The notes beneath the pieces are model-generated. The model saw only the letters and a program-made list of their open reading frames with translations, had not been told where the DNA came from and did not search any database. DNA of 63,249 nucleotides, the filler included, from Deltaproteobacteria bacterium (GTDB lineage Bacteria; JACQOV01), in NCBI GenBank assembly GCA_016202395.1. It is 3 parts of 3 records of this genome, joined end to end, with 100 filler letters (N's around TTAATTAATTAA, not from the genome) between each part and the next. Parts side by side here need not be neighbours in the genome. Positions count along the whole stretch, not along the records: positions 19,794 to 44,736 come from JACQOV010000057.1; 2 more parts are not named here. One strand, given 5' to 3'. This document shows positions 30,782 through 38,825 of this stretch, in pieces; the first letter of the stretch is position 1; each line of letters starts with the position of its first letter. The position numbers and the translations under genes were made by a program.

Positions 30782-32611
30782 TCATTCAACAGTCACGCTT
30801 TTGGCGAGATTACGAGGCTGATCCACGTCGGTGCCTTTAAGCACCGCGATATAATAGGCAAGAAGCTGCAGAGGAACAATAAACATAAAAGGGGACAAAA
30901 GATCATCGATGGAAGGAAGCCCAATCCAATCACTGGCTTTATCTTGAACTCCGCTGTCCGTCCCAATCTCAAACGCCACAATCTTTCCTCCTCGCGCCTT
31001 CACCTCCTCCAGGTTCCCCACGACTTTCGAAAATATCTTTCCTTTGCTCACCAAAATGACCACAGGGACATTCTCATCCACCAATGCAATGGGGCCATGT
31101 TTCAACTCCCCTGCGGGATATCCTTCCGCATGAATATAAGAGATCTCTTTGAGTTTCAAAGCCCCTTCCAAAGCAATGGGGTAATTCACTCCCCGCGCAA
31201 TATAGAGGAAATCACGAGCATGGTAATAACGTTGCGCGAGCCTTTTGAGCTTCTCTTTCTCCTGAAGGATCTCCTCAATGCGCTTGGGGATTTGAAAGAG
31301 TTCCTTAACGATCTCACGACATCGCTCCAAAGGCAAAACTCCACGGCGCTGCCCCAAATGCAAAGCCAATAAAAACAGTGTGACCATCTGGGTGGTAAAA
31401 GCTTTGGTGGAGGCAACCCCTATTTCAGGGCCCGCATGAGTGTACAACACATGATCGCAATGCCGAGAAAGGGTGGAACCCACCACATTGCAAATGGCGA
31501 GCGACCGAATCCCTAAACGTTTCCCCTCCTGAACGGCCGCCAAAGTGTCCGCCGTCTCACCCGACTGAGAGATAGCGAGAATAAGGCTTTTAGGGGTAAA
31601 AACGAGCGGCCGATACCGAAACTCCGAGCTGAGGTCAACCTCCACCGGCAATTGAGCCAACTCCTCAAACCAAAACTTGCCCACGAGACCTGCGTAATAG
31701 GAAGTTCCACAAGCAACGAGGGTCATCCGTTGCAAAGCTCGGCATTCCTCCTCGTCTATTTTAAGCCCCTCGAGAAAGGTCTCCCCCGTTTCTGGGGATA
31801 TCCTTCCGCGTAAAGTATCAATAATGGCCTCGGGCTGCTCGCAAATCTCTTTCAACATAAAATGAGGATAACCTGCTTTTTCCGCCATGGCCGCAGTCCA
31901 AGTGATCTTCTGAGGAGAACGTTCCCGTTTTTCGCCTCGCAGGGTTTCAATGCTAACTTTGCCGGGGATAATCTCTGCGATCTCTCCATCCTCCATGAAA
32001 ACAACATCGCGAGTCTGATTGAGGAGAGCGGGGACATCCGAGGCGATTAAATTTTCCCCATGCCCCAAGCCAATCACCAGGGGGCTGGCTCGGCGAGCCG
32101 CAATCAAACGGGTGGGATCCTTCTCTGAGAAGACCCCGATGGCGTAAGATCCCTCCACCTTTCCTAAAGCCTTCCGAACCGCATTTTTTAAATCGATTCC
32201 CTGATTCGCATAATCCTCAATCAAGTGAGAGAGAACCTCGGAGTCGGTTTCCGAGGCAAAATGGTGGCGTCGCTCCTCTAAAAAACGCCGCAGCTCTTCG
32301 TAATTCTCGATGATACCGTTATGAACCACGACAACCCCTCCGGCCATGTGGGGATGCGCATTGGTCTCACAGGGGCGGCCATGGGTGGCCCACCGAGTGT
32401 GGCCTAACCCCAAATTACCGTTGATCGGAGACTTTTTTAGCGCTGCCTCCAGATTAGAAAGTTTTCCCTCACAGCGCCGCAACTGCACCCCAGTCCCATT
32501 CATGACCGCAACTCCCGCAGAATCATACCCTCGATACTCGAGGCGTTTCAAACCATCGAGAAGGACTGGGGTGGCCTCGCGATGACCGATGTACCCTACA
32601 ATCCCACACAT
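30782..32611 (-). CDS. glmS: glutamine--fructose-6-phosphate aminotransferase
   Basis: MCGIVG, HTRWATHG, SQSGETADT, PRNLAKSVTVE. Confidence 0.99.
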   Translation of the reverse strand: MCGIVGYIGHREATPVLLDGLKRLEYRGYDSAGVAVMNGTGVQLRRCEGKLSNLEAALKKSPINGNLGLGHTRWATHGRPCETNAHPHMAGGVVVVHNGIIENYEELRRFLEERRHHFASETDSEVLSHLIEDYANQGIDLKNAVRKALGKVEGSYAIGVFSEKDPTRLIAARRASPLVIGLGHGENLIASDVPALLNQTRDVVFMEDGEIAEIIPGKVSIETLRGEKRERSPQKITWTAAMAEKAGYPHFMLKEICEQPEAIIDTLRGRISPETGETFLEGLKIDEEECRALQRMTLVACGTSYYAGLVGKFWFEELAQLPVEVDLSSEFRYRPLVFTPKSLILAISQSGETADTLAAVQEGKRLGIRSLAICNVVGSTLSRHCDHVLYTHAGPEIGVASTKAFTTQMVTLFLLALHLGQRRGVLPLERCREIVKELFQIPKRIEEILQEKEKLKRLAQRYYHARDFLYIARGVNYPIALEGALKLKEISYIHAEGYPAGELKHGPIALVDENVPVVILVSKGKIFSKVVGNLEEVKARGGKIVAFEIGTDSGVQDKASDWIGLPSIDDLLSPFMFIVPLQLLAYYIAVLKGTDVDQPRNLAKSVTVE

Positions 32612-32614
32612 AAC

Positions 32615-34012
32615 CTATTCCCCCCTACCGTTTAAAAGTTTATTACGACGGCGTTCAGACCAACCTTCGATAATCTTCTGTTCCCCGCGAGCGACAGCCA
32701 GCGCCCCCGCCGGAACATCTTTCGTAATCGTCGATCCCGATCCGATGTAAGCGTTTCGCCCTACACGAACTGGAGCCACCAATTGGGTGTCACTCCCAAT
32801 AAAAGCCCCCTCTTCGACGACTGTGGGATGTTTCTGAGCGCCATCATAGTTGCAGGTGATAGTGCCACACCCCACGTTGACCTTCGCGCCAATCTCCGCA
32901 TTTCCAAGATAGCTGAGATGAGCCGCCTTGGTCCCTTTGCCCAAACGCGATTTTTTAATCTCCACAAAATTCCCCACGCGAACTCCCTCTTCCAAAATGG
33001 CCCCCTCTCGAAGATGAGCGGAAGGCCCCACTCGAACCCCCTCTTGAATCTCCGATTTTTCGATGACCGAAAAAGGATAGATGCGAGCGAACCTCCCCAC
33101 AAAGGAATCGGAAATCCAAGCATAGGGCCCAATCTCAGACCCCGAGTGAATTTGAGTCGTTCCCAAAAGATGAGTCCCCGGATGAACTATCACATCGGGT
33201 TCCAGGGTCACCGTTCGATCGATTCGAACCGACGGAGGATCCCAAATCGTCACCCCCGATCGCATCCATTGTTCCACGATCCTCTGATTTAAGATCGCAT
33301 CGGCCCTGGCCAAATCAACGCGATCGTTGATTCCTAAAATCTCCTCTTCATCCCCCAAGGTGGATTCGACTTGGAGCCCTTTTTTAATCGCTATCGCAAT
33401 GAGATCGGTGAGATAGTACTCCTTTTTCGTGGAGCTCCGTTGGACCTTAGGCAAAAATTTTCGCAAGAAGGAGGTCTGAAAACAGATCACGCCGCTATTG
33501 ACCTCGCCAATCTTCTTTTCAATAGGTGTGGCCTCTAGCTCCTCCACGACTTTAAGGAGGGTTCGATCGTTGTCCCGAACGATCCGCCCGTAACCCTGGG
33601 GATTGGACACCTTCGCCGTTAACACCGTTAAAACCGCTCGAGATTTTTGATGCTTCTGGACCAATTTTTTGAGAGTCTGCTCACGAAGGAGAGGGGCATC
33701 TCCACACAAAACCAGAAGATGGGTCATGGCACGATCGACGGTTTTCAAGGCCACCTTCACGGCATCGGCCGTCCCGTTCTGCTTTTCTTGAATCACAAAA
33801 GGGAGATCCGGAGCGCTCAACTGTTTCTCGACCTCTTCAGCCCCATGCCCCACTACAACAATCGTCTGCGATGAACCGACTCCTCGGGCCAGCTCCAGGG
33901 GATAAGCAAGAAGGGGAATTCCACCTAAACGATGCAAGACCTTCGGGATCTCAGATCGCATCCGGGTTCCCTTCCCGGCAGCCAAGATCACCGTCGCCAA
34001 TTTAAGATTCAC
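32615..34012 (-). CDS. glmU: bifunctional GlcNAc-1-P uridyltransferase/acetyltransferase
   Basis: ILAAGKGTRM, GYGRI, EYYLTD, GNFVEIK, CNYDG; start GTG 34012 with SD. Confidence 0.98.
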   Translation of the reverse strand: MNLKLATVILAAGKGTRMRSEIPKVLHRLGGIPLLAYPLELARGVGSSQTIVVVGHGAEEVEKQLSAPDLPFVIQEKQNGTADAVKVALKTVDRAMTHLLVLCGDAPLLREQTLKKLVQKHQKSRAVLTVLTAKVSNPQGYGRIVRDNDRTLLKVVEELEATPIEKKIGEVNSGVICFQTSFLRKFLPKVQRSSTKKEYYLTDLIAIAIKKGLQVESTLGDEEEILGINDRVDLARADAILNQRIVEQWMRSGVTIWDPPSVRIDRTVTLEPDVIVHPGTHLLGTTQIHSGSEIGPYAWISDSFVGRFARIYPFSVIEKSEIQEGVRVGPSAHLREGAILEEGVRVGNFVEIKKSRLGKGTKAAHLSYLGNAEIGAKVNVGCGTITCNYDGAQKHPTVVEEGAFIGSDTQLVAPVRVGRNAYIGSGSTITKDVPAGALAVARGEQKIIEGWSERRRNKLLNGRGE

Positions 34013-34266
34013 TCCCCTACCTCCATCACAACGGGGTATTCTAGCACAGCTCCTCCCAAAACCCCAAGAAGGGGCACCAACCCTTTGAAAGTGTGAAGAA
34101 AAACCACCTAATCTATTAGCAATACTGAAACCAATATTGGTTCTAGAACCGGGGGTCAGGTTCAAGTATTCAATTTCAGCAAATCAGCAATATTGCTAAT
34201 TTGTCGTAACAGACTTGACTCCTGTTTTAAATGAGGTGTACTATATTGTTTCATTTTTAGCGCTAT

Positions 34267-34860
34267 ATGGAGAAAAAACTGAAACCACTGGATGTGCTAG
34301 ACAGGCTGCAACAAAGGCAAGTTCGCATCTTTTCACCTGAAGAATTTCGCCGCATCTTTTCAGTTTCTTTAAGGGCAACTCAGGAGTTTATTAAGGACCA
34401 CCAAAAAGATCTCTTCGTGAAGCTTCGCAATGGTCTTTACACGCTTCGAATGAACTTCCCTAATGAATTCGAAATTGCAAATCGACTCTACCAACCCTCC
34501 TACGTTTCTTTTGAATATGCTTTGGCACACCATCACATGATCCCAGAGGTGGTATACACTATCACATCAGCCACCACAAGAATCACTCGGTCCTTTGTGG
34601 CGCGGGGCATGCTTTTTGAGTATTCCAAAATTAAGTCCATGGCCTATCGAGGGTACAGTTGCGAAGGAAAAGACGGGGCTACCATCCTTGTTGCGGGGCC
34701 AGAGAAAGCCTTGGTGGATTATCTCTATTTCGTCGATCTAAAATTAAAGGCTTGGAATGATAGGCTGGCTCTTCGAAAAATAAATAAAAAATTAGTGCTT
34801 CAATATGCTTCTTACTTTGAGAGGGAAAGTCTTAATAAACGAATTAAGGATCTGTTATGA
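34267..34860 (+). CDS. type IV TA antitoxin, AbiEi-like
   Basis: LRNGLY, PSYVSFEYAL..H.MIPE, PEKALVDYLY. Confidence 0.87.
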   Translation: MEKKLKPLDVLDRLQQRQVRIFSPEEFRRIFSVSLRATQEFIKDHQKDLFVKLRNGLYTLRMNFPNEFEIANRLYQPSYVSFEYALAHHHMIPEVVYTITSATTRITRSFVARGMLFEYSKIKSMAYRGYSCEGKDGATILVAGPEKALVDYLYFVDLKLKAWNDRLALRKINKKLVLQYASYFERESLNKRIKDLL

Positions 34861-35600
34861 TCGAAATAAAACAATTTCAACGGCTTGCAGATCACCGGAT
34901 GACGACTGTGGAAAACGTCGTACGCGAGTTTTTCCAAAATCTCTTTTTATCTTATTTATATCAGCAAAAAAACTCTGAAAAACTTCTCTTTAAAGGAGGG
35001 ACCGCTTTACGGCTGATCTGGCAATCCCCTCGTTTCTCAGAAGATCTCGATTTTACGGGATATAAAATTTCCACATCCCAAATTGAATCTATTATAGAAT
35101 CAACCTTGGATAAAATTGAAAGGGAAGCTTTTCAGGTGGATATAGAGGAGTCCAAAAAAACTACAGGTGGCCACCTCGGAATTTTTCATTTTGCAGGGAA
35201 TGGTTACAAAAGCGCTCTTCAAATTGAGATTTCGCTGCGTGAAAAACGGGTTTGCGGAGTAATGACCTCCATTGTTCAGCCTGAGCTGCTCCCCCCTTAC
35301 ACCATTGTCCATTTGGATGAAAAGATCGTCGTTCATGAAAAGATCCTCGCATGCCTTACCCGTGGCAAGCCGAGGGATTTTTTTGACCTCTATTTTATAC
35401 TCAGGAGCCGAATGGCATTTAAAGAAGTCTTCCGTGAAGACAAAACCCTCCAATCGAAACTTTTGGCGAAGGTCTCAAAAGAACGCTTAGATCTGCGAAG
35501 TGAGCTAAAACAATTTCTGCCCGCGAGTCATCGTTTGCTTTTGAAAGACTTTAAATCCTCATTGTTAAGAGAAATAGAGAGAAGCTTCCCAGAAAGATAA
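34857..35600 (+). CDS. type IV TA toxin, AbiEii-like nucleotidyltransferase
   Basis: FKGGTAL, RFSEDLDF, EK...R.KPRDFFDL. Confidence 0.9.
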   Translation: MIEIKQFQRLADHRMTTVENVVREFFQNLFLSYLYQQKNSEKLLFKGGTALRLIWQSPRFSEDLDFTGYKISTSQIESIIESTLDKIEREAFQVDIEESKKTTGGHLGIFHFAGNGYKSALQIEISLREKRVCGVMTSIVQPELLPPYTIVHLDEKIVVHEKILACLTRGKPRDFFDLYFILRSRMAFKEVFREDKTLQSKLLAKVSKERLDLRSELKQFLPASHRLLLKDFKSSLLREIERSFPER

Positions 35601-36217
35601 TGGCGCGCTACATTCGAAAAGACCGGTGGTATCAAAAGGCGAAGAAGGAGGGGTATCTTTCAAGGGCGGCCTATAAACTTTTGGAGCTCAACCAGCGGTA
35701 CCCTCTTTTTAAACCGGGGCAGAAGGTTTTGGATCTCGGCTGCTGGCCTGGGGGATGGAGCCAGGTGGCTCTCCAACAGGTTGGCCAAAAGATGGAAAAG
35801 GCAGGGAAAGTGGTGGGCATCGATTTGGCTCCCCTCCAAAACTTTTCTCACCCTCGATGGGAATTCCTACAAAGAGATCTTTATGACGCATCTTTGACGC
35901 AAGAGATTCTTGACCGATTTGGAGAGTTCGATCTCGTTCTCTGTGATGCTGCGCCAAAATTGACAGGAATCTCGGTAACCGACGCTCAAATGGCCCTTGA
36001 ATTGACACAAAAGGTGATTGAGATTACCCAAAAAGTTCTTCGCGCTGAAGGGGACTTTGTCCTCAAATTTTTCAGCTTCAATGAGCTTGTCCCTCTGATA
36101 AAAGCTCTAGAAAACCGGTTCGAAAAAGCCAATCGCATCAAGCTGGAGGCCTCCCGAGGTGGCTCTTCCGAGCAATATTTCATCGGAAAATCTCTCAAAA
36201 AAGCAAAGATGCCTTGA
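35600..36217 (+). CDS. rlmE: 23S rRNA Um2552 2'-O-methyltransferase
   Basis: SRAAYKL, LDLGCWPGGWSQ, DAAPKLTG, ASRGGSSE. Confidence 0.93.
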   Translation: MARYIRKDRWYQKAKKEGYLSRAAYKLLELNQRYPLFKPGQKVLDLGCWPGGWSQVALQQVGQKMEKAGKVVGIDLAPLQNFSHPRWEFLQRDLYDASLTQEILDRFGEFDLVLCDAAPKLTGISVTDAQMALELTQKVIEITQKVLRAEGDFVLKFFSFNELVPLIKALENRFEKANRIKLEASRGGSSEQYFIGKSLKKAKMP

Positions 36218-36280
36218 TCTCCCCTCTGAACTGTGGTATGAACGAAGGGGCTTAACTCCCTAAAACAAAAAGTTTTTTCG

Positions 36281-37045
36281 GTGAAACCTTATAACGACGA
36301 ACCGTTCCTTTTGAAAAATCCGAAAGGGGGAGCTGCCGCTCTTCTGATCCATGGTTTTACAGGATCCCCAGGGGAGATGTACCCTGTCGGTCAAGGGCTT
36401 TTCGAAAAAGGGTACACGGTGGAGGGGATCTTGCTCCCTGGACATGGAGCCGATCGGCTCCAACAACCTAAGATCTCTTGGGAAGATTGGGTAGAGACCT
36501 GCGAGGCTGCTTTGACGAAACAGTATTATCAAACTCAAGAGCCGATTTTTTTGGTGGGTCTATCGATGGGAGGACTCCTCTCCCTCCTCCTCTCGATTCA
36601 ACATCGAGAAAAGGTTCGTGGGGTGGCTTCTCTGGCTGCCCCCACCCGTGTGAGTGATTGGAGGGCGCGCTATCTTATCCCGTGGCTTCGTCGGGTCCCC
36701 TTCACAGGACGCTTGAGCTATACCAAAGAGAACCGGGATATCTTGTCAGAATTTCCTTGGAGTGGGCCGGAGAAAATCTCCTTCCAAGCCCTTTTTGCTT
36801 TTCTAGATCTGATGCATCAGGTTCGCGCGCAACTTGAAAAAGTGACAGTCCCTTTGCTCGTGATCCACTCTGAAAAGGACCACACCGCGCCCGTCGCCTC
36901 GGCCCATGAGATTTACGAAAAAGTTCGATCTGAGGTAAAACGGTTAGTCCTATTAAAAAAGTCTTATCATGTGATTTCGGCGGATTGTGAAAAGGATCAA
37001 GTGATCCAAGAAATGACCACTTTTTTCGAATCGGCACGGAGGTAA
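36281..37045 (+). CDS. alpha/beta hydrolase (carboxylesterase/monoacylglycerol lipase-like)
   Basis: HGFTG, GLSMGG, D and H triad candidates; directly upstream of glpK. Confidence 0.88.
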   Translation: MKPYNDEPFLLKNPKGGAAALLIHGFTGSPGEMYPVGQGLFEKGYTVEGILLPGHGADRLQQPKISWEDWVETCEAALTKQYYQTQEPIFLVGLSMGGLLSLLLSIQHREKVRGVASLAAPTRVSDWRARYLIPWLRRVPFTGRLSYTKENRDILSEFPWSGPEKISFQALFAFLDLMHQVRAQLEKVTVPLLVIHSEKDHTAPVASAHEIYEKVRSEVKRLVLLKKSYHVISADCEKDQVIQEMTTFFESARR

Positions 37046-37047
37046 TT

Positions 37048-38529
37048 ATGACTCATTACGTTGTCGCTATCGACCAGGGAACCACCGGAACAAAAGCGGT
37101 TGTTCTTGACAGACAACTCCGAATTCGGGGCACGGCAAGTCAGGAATTCACACAACATTACCCCAAACCGGGCTGGGTAGAGCATGAGCCTGAGGAGATT
37201 TGGCAGACCTGCCAGAAAACCTTGGCACGAGCCCTTCGCGCGGCAAAAGCCACTGCTGCGGACATCGCTGCTATCGGAATTACCAACCAACGAGAAACCT
37301 CCGTTCTCTGGAATAAAAAAACAGGGAAACCGGTTTATCGAGCCATCGTCTGGCAAGACCGACGGTCTGCGGACATCTGCAAAAAACTCAAAGAAGAAGG
37401 GGTCGAAGAGATATTCCAAAAGAAAACGGGGTTAATTCTCAACCCTTATTTCTCTGGCACCAAAGTCGCCTGGCTTTTGCAGCATGTGAAGGGGCTTCGT
37501 GAAAAGGCGCAAACCGGAGAGATCGTTTTCGGAACGATCGATAGCTGGCTCGTCTACAAACTGACGGGGGGAGAGATCCACGTCACCGATGTTTCAAACG
37601 CCTCGCGCACCCTTCTCTTAAATCTCAACACACTGAATTGGGATGCCGAGCTTCTAAAAATTCTCTCGATCCCACGCGAGATGCTGCCGGAGGTGCGCTC
37701 TTCTTCCGAAGTCTACGGCACCACTGCCAAAAGTAGCGGCCTCCCTGCTGGGATTCCCATCGCGGGGATTGCGGGGGACCAACAGGCGGCGCTTTTTGGC
37801 CAGGCCTGTTTTGAGATTGGATCTGCTAAGCTCACGTTCGGCACCGGCTCTTTTTTATTGATCAACACGGGGGATCGGATCGTCCCTTCACAACATCGAT
37901 TGCTCACAAGCGTTGGATGGAAGATCCGAAACAAAACCACCTATGTCTTGGAAGGTTCCGCTTTCATTGCCGGAGCGATGGTGCAGTGGCTTCGGGACGG
38001 ATTGGGGATCATCAAGCACTCCTCTGAAGTGGAGGCCTTAGCCAATTCGGTCCCAAATAGTGGAGGTCTCATCATTGTTCCAGCGCTGGCGGGGCTGGGG
38101 GCTCCCTATTGGAGAAATGAGGCTCGAGGCCTCCTTTGGGGGCTCGATCGAGGAACAACCAAAGCTCATATCGCCCGAGCGGCCTTGGAAGGGATTGCAT
38201 TCCAGAATAACGACCTCGCCAAAGCGATGGAAGAGGATATTGGAGAGAGGCTGACTTTATTAAAAGTGGACGGGGGCGCCTGTTCGAACGATCTTCTCAT
38301 GCAATTCCAGGCCGATGCCATGAATACCGAGATCGTGAGACCTCAGATTACAGAGACCACCTCCCTTGGGGCCGCTTTCTTGGCAGGCCTCGCTGTCGGG
38401 ATCTGGAAAAAAATGGACGAGATCCGAGCCACGTGGAAAACCGACAAGCGTTTCCATCCAAAGATCAAAGAACAAGACCGCGAGCTGGCTTTGCGCCGCT
38501 GGGCCGAGGCTGTCCGCCGTTCGTTTTGA
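37048..38529 (+). CDS. glpK: glycerol kinase
   Basis: IDQGTT, GITNQRET, YFSGTK, TDVSNASRT, GDQQAALFGQ. Confidence 0.98.
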   Translation: MTHYVVAIDQGTTGTKAVVLDRQLRIRGTASQEFTQHYPKPGWVEHEPEEIWQTCQKTLARALRAAKATAADIAAIGITNQRETSVLWNKKTGKPVYRAIVWQDRRSADICKKLKEEGVEEIFQKKTGLILNPYFSGTKVAWLLQHVKGLREKAQTGEIVFGTIDSWLVYKLTGGEIHVTDVSNASRTLLLNLNTLNWDAELLKILSIPREMLPEVRSSSEVYGTTAKSSGLPAGIPIAGIAGDQQAALFGQACFEIGSAKLTFGTGSFLLINTGDRIVPSQHRLLTSVGWKIRNKTTYVLEGSAFIAGAMVQWLRDGLGIIKHSSEVEALANSVPNSGGLIIVPALAGLGAPYWRNEARGLLWGLDRGTTKAHIARAALEGIAFQNNDLAKAMEEDIGERLTLLKVDGGACSNDLLMQFQADAMNTEIVRPQITETTSLGAAFLAGLAVGIWKKMDEIRATWKTDKRFHPKIKEQDRELALRRWAEAVRRSF

Positions 38530-38667
38530 AACCGTTCGCAAACGTGGAGATCCCTTAACGGAGAGGTGTAAAGTTTTATGCACAAAGCTCCAGGGTCTTG
38601 TTCTTAAAAGAAAAACCTCACAAAACGGTCATAAAAAGCCACTCTAAAGTGTAAATAAAGTTGGCAA
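38485..38667 (+). repeat. 183-bp direct repeat, copy 1 (glpK 3' end plus downstream DNA)
   Basis: aligns without gaps to 44554-44736; 5 mismatches by manual count. Confidence 0.95.
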
Positions 38668-38755
38668 TCCTGAAACGATTGCCTCACTCAAACCTTCTTG
38701 AATTTCGTCAACAATTTAAGATACTTATGCCTTTCCAACCCCCAAGAAAAAATCT

Positions 38756-38771
38756 TGGCATAAAATTTGCA
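38756..38771 (+). promoter_or_regulatory. sigma54 (-24/-12) promoter
   Basis: TGGCATAAAATTTGCA = GG-N10-GC, about 55 bp upstream of ATG 38826. Confidence 0.7.
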
Positions 38772-38825
38772 TGTACTTTGCAGTTGAACATCATTATATG
38801 GATCCAGACAATAAGGGAGGAGCCC

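Noticed and set aside
32612-32614. glmS ribozyme
   Set aside because: Only 3 bp separate glmU and glmS.
38530-38660. GEMM-I (c-di-GMP/cGAMP) riboswitch look-alike gcacaaagctccagggtct
   Set aside because: I could not find the P2 GNRA hairpin or the 3' AGCC...UUGCC closing strand; an Infernal search would settle it.
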